Source: Bacteroidota bacterium (lineage in GTDB: Bacteria > Bacteroidota > Bacteroidia > B-17B0 > Aurantibacillaceae). From it: 29,697 nucleotides of DNA. The stretch is taken from assembly GCA_023251755.1 (NCBI GenBank), contig JAHEYF010000057.1, positions 1 to 29,697 of the forward strand, given 5' to 3'. Each line of letters opens with the position of its first letter. The stretch's first letter is position 1. The translations under genes were made by a program, and so were the position numbers. A model generated the notes under the pieces. It was not told where the DNA came from and ran no database searches. It worked only from the letters and a program-made list of their open reading frames with translations. This document shows, piece by piece, positions 1 through 8,722 of this stretch.

Positions 1-93
1 TAATTAATCGGAATTTATTCGCAATAAATAAGATTTTAATGAGGCACAAAGATAGGAATTTTATCGAATTGTCGTTCCCTTTAACATTTTAGG

Positions 94-101
94 TATTTTT
101 G
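94..101 (+). promoter_or_regulatory. Candidate Bacteroidota sigma-A -7 box (TATTTTTG) 17 nt upstream of the mce start
   Basis: Matches the TAnnTTTG consensus. Spacing to the ATG at 118 fits the short leaders typical of Bacteroidota. Confidence 0.3.
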
Positions 102-117
102 AATAAAATCAGGGTTT

Positions 118-525
118 ATGCTTAAAAAAATTGAACACATTGGTATTGCAGTAAAAGATTTAAAAAAATCCAACGAGCTATTTTCGAAACTTTTTGGCAA
201 AGCCTTTTACAAAGTTGAAAATGTGGAAAGTGAGCACGTTTCCACTTCGTTTTTTATGCTGGGCGAAAGTAAAATTGAATTATTGGAAGCCAGCGATCCG
301 GATAGTGCCATTGCGAAGTTTATCGAAAAAAAAGGAGAGGGTGTACACCACATTGCTTATGAAGTGGAAGACATACAGGCCGAAATGAAACGCTTACAGG
401 CCGAAGGTTTTGAACTGATTAACAAGGAACCCAAAAAAGGGGCCGATAACAAACTGATTTGTTTTTTACATCCGAAGAGTACCAATGGGGTGTTGGTAGA
501 GCTGTGCCAGGAGATGATTAGCTGA
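118..525 (+). CDS. mce: Methylmalonyl-CoA epimerase (VOC/glyoxalase superfamily)
   Basis: 135 aa. N-terminal HIGIAV motif, size and overall composition are typical of methylmalonyl-CoA epimerase (VOC fold). The last codons (ATG ATT AGC TGA) run into the first copy of the downstream ATTAGCTGATG repeat. Confidence 0.7.
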   Translation: MLKKIEHIGIAVKDLKKSNELFSKLFGKAFYKVENVESEHVSTSFFMLGESKIELLEASDPDSAIAKFIEKKGEGVHHIAYEVEDIQAEMKRLQAEGFELINKEPKKGADNKLICFLHPKSTNGVLVELCQEMIS

Positions 526-745
526 TGTGATGAGTAGCCAATTAGCTGATGGGGGAGAGATGATTTGATAATTAGCTGATTTGAAGATTTGATGATGAGA
601 GATAGGTAAGTGAAAACGAGACAGGTAGGAATGATTAGCTGATGTGATGATATGCTGATTAGCTGATGAGAGAGACAGGTAAATAAACGAGATAGGTGTA
701 TGATAATTAGCTGATGTGATGGTTAGCCAATTAGCTGATTGGAGA
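516..745. repeat. Degenerate tandem (minisatellite-like) array built on ATTAGCTGATG words; about three units of a roughly 40-nt core (GATTAGCTGATGTGATGnnTAGCCAATTAGCTGATGGGGGAGA) plus GAGACAGGTAA-type linkers
   Basis: ATTAGCTGAT(G) occurs at least 9 times between 516 and 745 with variable low-complexity spacers. An inverted counterpart lies at 17131-17326. Confidence 0.85.
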
Positions 746-747
746 AC

Positions 748-813
748 CTTGATTTGAGATGGCCCATTATCTAATATCTCAATACTCACGTCTCAATACT
801 AATATCTCAATGC
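748..813. repeat. Reverse-complement copy of the GTGAGATATTAGTATTGAGATGT repeat family
   Basis: ctaatatctcaatactcacgtctcaatactaatatctcaatgc is the reverse complement of the motif at 12588-12630 and 25561-25600. Confidence 0.75.
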
Positions 814-2516
814 TTAATAAACTTCTTCACCTGCACAGCTTCCTGGTCAAAATAAATTTTAAGGATATAACTTCCTTTAATTATATCGTGCAGGGGGATG
901 GTGTATATGTGTTCGCCGGATTTTCCGGAAAATTGCTCGGTAAACAAGACCCTGCCAGACAAATCAAGCAACTCCGTTTTTAATTTGCCGTCGTAAGGAA
1001 TGCTGAGGTTCATATTCACTAATGTTTCGGCAGGATTGGGAAAGAGGTCGTTGATTTGTAAACTCTTTCCAATGCCATTGTCTAACAATAGTATGTTTGA
1101 ATGTGTATAGGTTCCGTCGTTGTCCACCATTTTCAGGCGGTAATAGGTAAAAGGCGAATAAAATGCGGGATCGCTGTAATTAAAGCCGCTACCGGGGTCC
1201 GGCAAGTGATAGACCGGTGAAATATAAATGGTATTAAAAGTTGTACCGTCCATTGAACTCTCCAATTCAAAATGGTTAAAATTATCCTGCTGACCCGTTT
1301 GCCAGGTCAATAAATTGTACTCCCCTTTGCTTACACCCTCAAACGAAACGAGTTCGATAGGCAGGGCAATAGCGCCCGATAAGGAAAACAACCAGGTGCA
1401 TTCATCCCCTGAATAACCGTCGAAAATTAACCAGTAAGTACGGTTGGCAGCAAGGCCGGTAAAATTGTAAGAGAAGTTGGAGAGGGTGTTGGAGTATGAG
1501 CAGAACAAATCGGTACCCCAGGAACTGGTGACACAGCTCGATGAAGGGTTAATTAATACAAACTGCAGTCCGTTGCCCACCCTGCACGATTGGTTGGTCA
1601 CACTCATCGTAACCGTTCCACCGCTCCCATTGGTGCGGAGTTTATAAAAAATAGGGTTGTTTACACCAACACAGGTAAATTCGTACACCCCGTCCGGCCA
1701 GGTATTCGATCCCGGATCGGAGGTAGGCGCCCCGTAGCTGTTCCCGCAAAAATTCCCCGAATAAAGTGTTGGCGCACTCGCACAAATGGTCTCTCCATTT
1801 GTCCAGTGACTGACCGTGATGGTTTGTGAGGCCGTATTGGCCGAGCTTGCACCACAGGCTACATTGCAGCGGTAATATTTGGTAACAGCCGTAGACGCTG
1901 TAGCATAAGTACTGGAAGTGGCCCCGGAAATATTTGAAAAACTCGAGTTGTCGGTTGAGGACTGCCACTGGTAAGTGATGCCACAGCCCGATGTATTGCC
2001 GCTTAAGGATAAATTGACAGAACCGGGGCCGCAATAAATAGTAGAAGAGGACGTGGACACAGTTCCCGCCGTTGGTGTTCCGGAGCAGCCACAACAGGCC
2101 ACTGTAGCCGCCCAGCCTGCATCTACACAACAATCCGGGTCAGAATAAAAGCGGAAGGTTAAAGTGGTACCGCTTGATGTAATGGTTCCGGGATTAGAGC
2201 TTCCGGAATAGGTACCCAACAGTGTACTGGAAGTGTTCGGGCCATCGTATACATATAAATAATCCCAACCACTTTCTGTGGCAAAACTGCTGAATACAAC
2301 CTGAATTGTATTGCCCGCTGTGCCGGCGGTAAAGGTGAGGGTTTTATCTTCGGGAAAAGCATAGTTGGAACCGCTTCCGCCGCTATCATAAAAATTATGT
2401 GTGGAGCCGCAGGTAACTGTATACGAGGCTGTAGCCATGTTGTAATTGGTAGCCAGACTGTTTAAAACAGGGGCTACAATAAAAAACAGACTTATATAAA
2501 ACCAGGGCTTCATCAT
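807..2516 (-). CDS. Secreted T9SS cargo protein with tandem CUB-like beta-sandwich domains and a Por/T9SS C-terminal sorting domain
   Basis: 569 aa. N-terminal signal peptide (MMKPWFYISLFFIVAPVLNSLA). Cys-containing CUB-like segments (GWDYLYVYDG...FRFYSDPDCC). The last roughly 80 aa (FPNPAETLVNMNL...GSYILKIYFDQEAVQVKKFIKH) match the T9SS CTD pattern. Confidence 0.7.
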   Translation of the reverse strand: MMKPWFYISLFFIVAPVLNSLATNYNMATASYTVTCGSTHNFYDSGGSGSNYAFPEDKTLTFTAGTAGNTIQVVFSSFATESGWDYLYVYDGPNTSSTLLGTYSGSSNPGTITSSGTTLTFRFYSDPDCCVDAGWAATVACCGCSGTPTAGTVSTSSSTIYCGPGSVNLSLSGNTSGCGITYQWQSSTDNSSFSNISGATSSTYATASTAVTKYYRCNVACGASSANTASQTITVSHWTNGETICASAPTLYSGNFCGNSYGAPTSDPGSNTWPDGVYEFTCVGVNNPIFYKLRTNGSGGTVTMSVTNQSCRVGNGLQFVLINPSSSCVTSSWGTDLFCSYSNTLSNFSYNFTGLAANRTYWLIFDGYSGDECTWLFSLSGAIALPIELVSFEGVSKGEYNLLTWQTGQQDNFNHFELESSMDGTTFNTIYISPVYHLPDPGSGFNYSDPAFYSPFTYYRLKMVDNDGTYTHSNILLLDNGIGKSLQINDLFPNPAETLVNMNLSIPYDGKLKTELLDLSGRVLFTEQFSGKSGEHIYTIPLHDIIKGSYILKIYFDQEAVQVKKFIKH

Positions 2517-2870
2517 TTATTTGAATTTTCTTAAATCTCCGTTCTCTGCTATTTTTTGTTCTGTCTGACTACTGCTTCCGTCGCTTATTACAAGCGAAGG
2601 CCGGTTCCCGGGTACCCCTTTCGACAATAACAATAAAAGGTCTTCAATAGTTGGTATTTTATCCGCCAGACAAATAACATACAAGGTGTTTAGTTTTGTA
2701 TCGTACCTGAGTTTGGTAATCGCTTCTATTTTTCCTGAATTTGTTACTAAATACTCCAATGTACTTACCGGCTGATTGTCCAGCTGAATAACATATAATT
2801 TTGTTTTCGTTTCCTGTGCACTGGTATTCAGTCCACATAAAACCAGCAGCAGGATAAAAATTTGTTTCAT
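2517..2870 (-). CDS. Small secreted protein, hypothetical, translationally adjacent to the downstream T9SS cargo gene
   Basis: 117 aa. Signal peptide MKQIFILLLVLCGLNTSAQ. Its stop abuts the start of the 807-2516 gene (2516/2517), which implies co-transcription. Confidence 0.5.
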   Translation of the reverse strand: MKQIFILLLVLCGLNTSAQETKTKLYVIQLDNQPVSTLEYLVTNSGKIEAITKLRYDTKLNTLYVICLADKIPTIEDLLLLLSKGVPGNRPSLVISDGSSSQTEQKIAENGDLRKFK

Positions 2871-2892
2871 TTAATGAGTATATATAAGACCA

Positions 2893-2900
2893 CAAATATA
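2893..2900 (-). promoter_or_regulatory. Candidate -7 box (TATATTTG on the minus strand) 22 nt upstream of the 117-aa gene start
   Basis: The reverse complement of caaatata matches TAnnTTTG. It sits upstream of the ATG at 2870. Confidence 0.3.
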
Positions 2901-3150
2901 GGTAAGCGGAACTAATTTAATTAAAACAGAACGACAATCCTACTAAATTATACGACTAAACAATCCTGCATAATTCCTTTAACGATTTAGATGGACGGAT
3001 TGAGGGAAATCCGGTTAATAAATGCGAAACCCACACATATCGTGCTTGTTAACAGGTTTGTCAGGAATACAATGCGCTGATTCTGCTTTGTATAAATTTA
3101 AGCTTGGGGGCGGATTTATAATTTTCTACTGAAAATAGCTGAATTTTTGG

Positions 3151-3158
3151 TACTTTTG
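3151..3158 (+). promoter_or_regulatory. Candidate -7 box TACTTTTG 25 nt upstream of the ABC-F start codon
   Basis: TAnnTTTG match. The in-frame ATG at 3183 (MISVNSVTVSF...) is the plausible true start. Confidence 0.35.
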
Positions 3159-3182
3159 CAAGGTTTTTATAAAAAATTTGCA

Positions 3183-5117
3183 ATGATCTCAGTTAATTCG
3201 GTTACAGTTTCCTTCGGAGGGTATGATTTGTTTGATAATGTGAGCTTTTTGGTGAACCCAAAAGACAGAATTGGTTTGGCAGGGAAAAACGGTGCCGGAA
3301 AATCGACGATGCTTAAATTACTGGCAGGCGAACAAAGCCCTACCAAAGGCGAAATATCAAAACCCAACGGGTTTAAAATAGGCTACCTGCCACAGGATAT
3401 GATCCATCAGCACGGACGAACCGTGGTGGAAGAAACAGCTACAGCTTACGAAGAAATAAACAAGCTGGAAGTGCGGCTGAATGAAATCAACCACGAGCTG
3501 GAAACCCGTACAGACTATGAAAGCGATGCCTACATGAACCTCATTACCGAGCTTACCGACATCAACGCCCGTTTAGACGTTATTGGGGCCGGTAACCGGG
3601 AAGAGGAAATAGAAAAAATATTAAAAGGACTTGGTTTTGAACGCAGCGATTTTAACCGCCCTACCTCCGAATTCAGCGGTGGATGGCGTATGCGGATTGA
3701 ACTGGCGAAAATATTGTTGCAAAAACCCGATATACTTTTACTGGATGAACCCACCAATCACTTAGACATAGAGTCGATTCAGTGGCTGGAAGAATTTATG
3801 GAAACCTACAGTGGATCGGTGATCCTGATCAGCCACGATAAGTTGTTTTTGGACAACGTGACCAACCGTACTATCGAAATTTCCAACCAGAAAATATACG
3901 ATTACAAAACCAATTATTCGCGTTACCTGGTGTTGCGTCAGGAACGCCGCGAGCAACAGGAAAACGCTGCAAAAAACCAGCAAAAAATAATTGACCAGAC
4001 CGAAGCGCTGATTGATAAATACCGCGCCAAAGCCAGTAAAGCGGCTTTTGCCCAATCGCTCATTAAAAAATTAGACCGCATGGAACTTGTGGAGGTGGAC
4101 GACAACGATACGGTAACGATGAATTTCCGTTTCCCCCCTCCTGCCCACTCGGGTAAAATTGTACTCACCAGCGAACATGCCGGAAAAGTATACGGTACAA
4201 AAAGAATTTTTAAGGACGCGAATTTTATCCTGACCAAAGGCGAAAGAATAGCCTTTGTTGGCCGCAACGGGGAAGGTAAAAGTACCATGATGAAAATGAT
4301 TGCCGGACAGGTTGATTATGAAGGCAGTGTAGTATTGGGGCACAGTGTGATGATGGGTTATTTTGCACAGGACCAGGCCGAAAAATTAGACCCGAATAAA
4401 ACTGTTTTTGAAACCATTGACGAACTGGCCGTAGGTGATGTCCGCAAACAGGTGCGCGGCTTATTAGGCTCTTTTTTATTTAGTGGCGACGATATAGAAA
4501 AAAAAGTAAAGGTGTTGAGTGGTGGTGAACGTGGGAGATTAGCCCTGTGTAAATTATTATTACAGCCTTACAATTTACTGATACTCGATGAACCGACCAA
4601 TCACTTAGATATCCGAAGCAAAGAAGTATTGAAACGCGCCTTGTTGAATTACGAAGGCACTGCAATTATTGTATCGCACGACCGTGATTTTTTAAACGGC
4701 CTTATCAATAAGATGTATGAGTTCAGGAATGGTGAAGTAAAGGAACACCTTTGCGACATCAATGAGTTTATGCAAAAAGTGAAGATGAACCGCTTAAACG
4801 AGATGAATGCAAAAAACCCTTTTGTAAAAGCGAAGGAAGAAGTGAAAGTGGAGAAGCCGAAAGCCGAACCTAAAAAAGATGAGCAGGCGCAGGAAATAAA
4901 ACAGTTAAAAAATCAGGTCTTAAAATCAGAAAAAGAAATTGAACGCTTAGAACAGGAAGTGAAAGCACTGGACGCAAAGCTGGCCAATCCTGATTTTTAC
5001 AACGAAGCGCTAAAAGACAAATCTATTTTTGACAACTACAATAAATTAAAATCCAGCCTGGACATTGAGCTAAAAAAGTGGGAAGACTATTGTGAGCAAT
5101 TATCTAAACTGGAATAA
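3183..5117 (+). CDS. ABC-F family ATPase (two tandem ABC ATPase domains plus a C-terminal coiled coil; Uup/EttA/YbiT-like translation factor)
   Basis: Two Walker A motifs (GKNGAGKST and GRNGEGKST), two signature motifs (LSGGWRMR and LSGGERGR), two Walker B motifs (ILLLDEPTNHLD and LLILDEPTNHLD), and no transmembrane domain. The K/E-rich coiled-coil tail is typical of ABC-F proteins. The ORF track starts at a TTG at 3147; I prefer the ATG at 3183. Confidence 0.85.
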   Translation: MISVNSVTVSFGGYDLFDNVSFLVNPKDRIGLAGKNGAGKSTMLKLLAGEQSPTKGEISKPNGFKIGYLPQDMIHQHGRTVVEETATAYEEINKLEVRLNEINHELETRTDYESDAYMNLITELTDINARLDVIGAGNREEEIEKILKGLGFERSDFNRPTSEFSGGWRMRIELAKILLQKPDILLLDEPTNHLDIESIQWLEEFMETYSGSVILISHDKLFLDNVTNRTIEISNQKIYDYKTNYSRYLVLRQERREQQENAAKNQQKIIDQTEALIDKYRAKASKAAFAQSLIKKLDRMELVEVDDNDTVTMNFRFPPPAHSGKIVLTSEHAGKVYGTKRIFKDANFILTKGERIAFVGRNGEGKSTMMKMIAGQVDYEGSVVLGHSVMMGYFAQDQAEKLDPNKTVFETIDELAVGDVRKQVRGLLGSFLFSGDDIEKKVKVLSGGERGRLALCKLLLQPYNLLILDEPTNHLDIRSKEVLKRALLNYEGTAIIVSHDRDFLNGLINKMYEFRNGEVKEHLCDINEFMQKVKMNRLNEMNAKNPFVKAKEEVKVEKPKAEPKKDEQAQEIKQLKNQVLKSEKEIERLEQEVKALDAKLANPDFYNEALKDKSIFDNYNKLKSSLDIELKKWEDYCEQLSKLE

Positions 5118-5255
5118 GAACCACCACACTGCTATTTTATTTAAGCACCTGTTTAAGCTTATTACGCTTTACAATTTATTCCCACTTCTTTAATAATTCA
5201 ATTATATTTGTATGAGAACCCGCACAAATGGGATAGGTCTCACCCCTTTTTATTC

Positions 5256-5963
5256 ATGCAATTAACCATAGGTATAACCGACACAGAAGCCCGTTATAGC
5301 AATTATCCCTCCTGGATAACAGCTGCGGGTTCGCACATTGAAGTAATACAGTTGAAAGCAGAAAACAGCCGCGGAGCCGAAAAATGTGATGGGATTGTGT
5401 TGAGCGGGGGAATTGATATACATCCTAAATTTTACAACAAGCAATGCCTCACTTACCCTTATGCCCCAGAAAAATTTAACGAACAACGCGATGAGTTTGA
5501 ATTGGCTGTTTTCAGGTATGCACGGGACAAGTGCCTTCCTGTTCTGGCCATCTGCCGGGGTATGCAATTGGTGAATATTGCCCTGGGCGGTACTTTGATC
5601 CAGGACATTGAAGCCAGCGGAAAAAACGATCACCGCAGGCATGGACAAACGGACGGGGAACATGCCATCACTGTAATTAAAGATAGTCTGTTGTATGAAA
5701 TTACAGGCAGTGAAACAGGGCACATCAACAGCGCTCATCACCAGGCATTGGGAATTGTTGCGCAGGAATTAAAAGTGAATGCGTATTCACCTGATGGAAT
5801 TGCCGAGGGAACAGAATGGAAAAACAAAACACAGAAACCTTTTTTGCTTTGCGTGCAATGGCACCCCGAGAGGTTAGCTCAACTGCAACCAGACCATCCT
5901 TTTGCAAACAATATCCTAAAACAATTTATTGAAGCTGTAAAAAACAATAAGGACCTGCATTAA
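5256..5963 (+). CDS. Class I glutamine amidotransferase-like gamma-glutamyl hydrolase (PuuD / peptidase C26 family)
   Basis: GIVLSGGIDIHP, catalytic-Cys context AICRGMQL, and the His motif VQWHPE. Start moved to the internal ATG at 5256 (MQLTIGITD), which gives the usual PuuD N-terminus. A TATATTTG -7 box lies at 5203-5210. Confidence 0.75.
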   Translation: MQLTIGITDTEARYSNYPSWITAAGSHIEVIQLKAENSRGAEKCDGIVLSGGIDIHPKFYNKQCLTYPYAPEKFNEQRDEFELAVFRYARDKCLPVLAICRGMQLVNIALGGTLIQDIEASGKNDHRRHGQTDGEHAITVIKDSLLYEITGSETGHINSAHHQALGIVAQELKVNAYSPDGIAEGTEWKNKTQKPFLLCVQWHPERLAQLQPDHPFANNILKQFIEAVKNNKDLH

Positions 5964-6009
5964 ACTATTCAAGTAAAATCGTTCTCCCTAATTTTAAACT
6001 CCGAAAAAT

Positions 6010-7374
6010 ATGAATGTTATTAATCCAGCTACAGAGGAAATCATTACCGATTTAAAAGAAGACTCTTTAACCGGTATCGAAAATAAATTCAAACGGTTAA
6101 AAGAGGGCCAGCCCAGATGGAGCGGACTTAGCCTTAAAGCACGCACAGGTATTCTGCAATCGTTTTCGGAATTACTCAAAAAAAATATAGAACCTTGCGC
6201 AACTGTGCTCAGCTCCGAAGTGGGTAAATCTTTGCAACAATCGCGCAACGAAATAAACGGGGCCTGTAACCGAACGAACTGGATGCTGCAAAACGCCGAA
6301 AAATATTTAAGCGCAGAGGAGGTTACCGTTCAGGAAGGTTTAACCGAAAAAATTGTATACGAACCATTGGGTGTTGTTTGTAATATTTCGGCCTGGAATT
6401 ACCCCTACCTGGTGGGTGTAAATGTATTTATTCCTGCTTTGCTGGCGGGCAATACCGTGCTGTACAAACCTTCCGAATTTTCATCACTCACCGGCTTAGA
6501 AATTGAAAAACTTCTCAAACAGGCCGGTGTGCCTGATGATGCTTTTCAGCTTGCAATTGGTGCCCGCGAAGTGGGAGAAGCTTTGTTGAAACTCCCCTTT
6601 AACGGTTATTTTTTTACCGGCTCTTATAAAACAGGGCAATACATCTACGAAAAAGTAGCTTCCAAAATGGTTCCCTGTCAGCTGGAGTTAGGGGGTAAAG
6701 ATCCACTGTATGTTGCAGACGATGTAGCAGACATTAAAAATGTAGCAGCAGGCACCGCCGATGGGGCCTTTTACAATACCGGCCAAAGTTGTTGTGCAGT
6801 GGAACGCATTTACGTGCATGAAAAAGTATACGACCAATACATAGAGGAATTTATAAAAGAAGTAAAGGGCTTTAAACTGGGTTTGCCGGATGAAGAAGGG
6901 GTGTACATTGGTCCGCTTACCCGCAGGCCCCAGTTGGATGTTATAGAAAGCCAGGTAAACGATGCAGTTAGCAAAGGTGCTAAAATAGCAGCGGGTGGAA
7001 AACGCGTAAAAGGAAAGGGTTATTTCTTTGAGCCGACTGTTTTGATAAATGTAACACAGGATATGAGCGTGATGCGCGATGAAAGCTTCGGACCCATTAT
7101 TGGAATTATGAAAGTAAAAGACGATGCCGAAGCCATCAAACTAATGCAGGATACAGAGTATGGCCTTACAGCAGCCGTATATTCAGCTTCGAAGGAAAGA
7201 GCGGAAAAAATATTAGCGCAGATAAATGCCGGCACAGCTTATTGGAATTGTTGCGACCGCGTAAGCGCCCCTTTGCCCTGGAGCGGAAGGAATCACTCGG
7301 GCTTTGGTACTACCCTTTCTTATATTGGGCTCAGGGCCTTTAGCACTCCTAAAGCCTATCATTTAAGAGGCTGA
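6010..7374 (+). CDS. NAD(P)+-dependent aldehyde dehydrogenase
   Basis: 454 aa. Aldehyde dehydrogenase glutamate active-site motif ELGGKDP and cysteine motif GQSCCAVERIYV. It starts 46 nt after the hydrolase gene on the same strand. Confidence 0.9.
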   Translation: MNVINPATEEIITDLKEDSLTGIENKFKRLKEGQPRWSGLSLKARTGILQSFSELLKKNIEPCATVLSSEVGKSLQQSRNEINGACNRTNWMLQNAEKYLSAEEVTVQEGLTEKIVYEPLGVVCNISAWNYPYLVGVNVFIPALLAGNTVLYKPSEFSSLTGLEIEKLLKQAGVPDDAFQLAIGAREVGEALLKLPFNGYFFTGSYKTGQYIYEKVASKMVPCQLELGGKDPLYVADDVADIKNVAAGTADGAFYNTGQSCCAVERIYVHEKVYDQYIEEFIKEVKGFKLGLPDEEGVYIGPLTRRPQLDVIESQVNDAVSKGAKIAAGGKRVKGKGYFFEPTVLINVTQDMSVMRDESFGPIIGIMKVKDDAEAIKLMQDTEYGLTAAVYSASKERAEKILAQINAGTAYWNCCDRVSAPLPWSGRNHSGFGTTLSYIGLRAFSTPKAYHLRG

Positions 7375-7384
7375 TTGCATTTAT

Positions 7385-7458
7385 CTTATATGAACTTATA
7401 TGCCTTATATGGTTGAATGTATTTTTTTAACCACATAAGGCATATAAGTTCACATAAG
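7385..7458. terminator. Long near-perfect hairpin (28-bp arms, 18-nt loop) acting as a bidirectional terminator between convergent operons
   Basis: Left arm cttatatgaacttatatgccttatatgg and right arm ccacataaggcatataagttcacataag have 26/28 complementary positions. The loop is T-rich. A partial third copy (tatgtgccttatatg) follows at about 7480-7495. The hairpin lies between the ALDH stop (7374) and the Fe-ADH stop (7520). Confidence 0.6.
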
Positions 7459-7519
7459 TTAAATACTAAAATAAAATCGTATGTGCCTTATATGTTTTTA
7501 GTAAAATGATTTAAATTAA

Positions 7520-8668
7520 TTAAAGCGCCTCGGCGTATAACTTTCTGAAATCGGCCCGGCTAACCGGTTTTGGATTATTGGGATGCGCGAAGTCTGCGAA
7601 AGCAAGATCAGCCAAAGTATCCAGGTGTTCTTCTTTTACCTGTATGTCGCGCAACTTATGCGGAATGCCCACCCGGGTATTTAAATCAAAGAGGTATTGA
7701 ACAACCGCTTCTCCTGTATTTTCTTTCAGTTCAAGTGTACGTGCTATCCGCGCAAACTTATCTTCAAAGCCTGCAATGTTAAAACGCATACCGTAAGGTA
7801 TATTCACCGCGTTGGCCAGGCCATGATGTGTGTCGAGCAGGGAAGACAATGGATGGGCCAGTGAATGAACGACTCCCAAACCTTTCTGAAAAGCAATGGC
7901 CCCCATCATCGAAGCCAGCAGCATTTCGGCACGCGAGGCCAGGTCGGGTGTTTTAACAGCCTTTTCCAATGAAGCCGAAATTAAACGTATTCCTTCCAGG
8001 GCAATGCCATCACAAATAGGATGATAATTTTTCGCTAAAAAAGCTTCCATGTTGTGTGTAAGGGCATCCATACCGGTTGCGGCAGTAATAGCAGGAGGCA
8101 GATCCATTGTTAACAAAGGATCGGCAAACACAATTTTAGCCAATAATTTGGGCGAAAAAAGTATTTTTTTCTGATGGCTTATATCATCTGCAATAATAGC
8201 GCTTCTGCCCACCTCACTACCTGTTCCGGCTGTAGTGGGGATGGTAACAAAATGCGGAACATCGTTGGTAACATAAACATCTCCACCAACAAGGTCATCG
8301 TATTTAAACAGGTCTTCGCGGTGATGAACACGCAATACAATGGCCCTTGCCACATCAAGTGCGGCGCCTCCTCCTATACCAACAATACAATCGCGTTTCG
8401 TTGCATCATACAGGTCTGTGCCTTTGTATACATCACTTTTTACGGGGTTTTTATGTACTTCAGAAAACACTTCAACAGACAGCCCGTTTTGTTTTAAATC
8501 ATCAACAATTGCTTTAAAAAAGGGAAGCCCGGCAATAACAGGGTCCGTTGACAGCAGGGGGTGTTTGAGGTTATTTTGTTTGAGGTATGCCGGTAATTCT
8601 TTTACGGCATTGGCACCAAAACGAATGGTGGCTGGAAAATTGAATTGTACTACTCTGTTAAAATCCAT
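7520..8668 (-). CDS. Iron-containing (group III) alcohol dehydrogenase
   Basis: 382 aa. NAD-binding GGGAALDVARAI motif and conserved His-rich metal site (HSLAHPLS..., HHG). The fold resembles FucO, DhaT and EutG. Confidence 0.9.
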   Translation of the reverse strand: MDFNRVVQFNFPATIRFGANAVKELPAYLKQNNLKHPLLSTDPVIAGLPFFKAIVDDLKQNGLSVEVFSEVHKNPVKSDVYKGTDLYDATKRDCIVGIGGGAALDVARAIVLRVHHREDLFKYDDLVGGDVYVTNDVPHFVTIPTTAGTGSEVGRSAIIADDISHQKKILFSPKLLAKIVFADPLLTMDLPPAITAATGMDALTHNMEAFLAKNYHPICDGIALEGIRLISASLEKAVKTPDLASRAEMLLASMMGAIAFQKGLGVVHSLAHPLSSLLDTHHGLANAVNIPYGMRFNIAGFEDKFARIARTLELKENTGEAVVQYLFDLNTRVGIPHKLRDIQVKEEHLDTLADLAFADFAHPNNPKPVSRADFRKLYAEAL

Positions 8669-8722
8669 ACTTATTTTGTTGTTATTAAATATTGTTAAAT
8701 CATCCGAGAAAAAACGACTCGC

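Noticed and set aside
516-745. Possible CRISPR array, because short direct repeats are separated by spacers
   Set aside because: The repeats are only about 11 nt and irregularly spaced (13-50 nt). The spacers are themselves low-complexity and related to each other. No cas genes or leader are present. The sequence is a degenerate minisatellite.
466-789. 107-aa minus-strand ORF
   Set aside because: It lies entirely within the tandem repeat. The protein is periodic (…SANW/SANH…) and low-complexity, so it is a translation artefact of the repeat.
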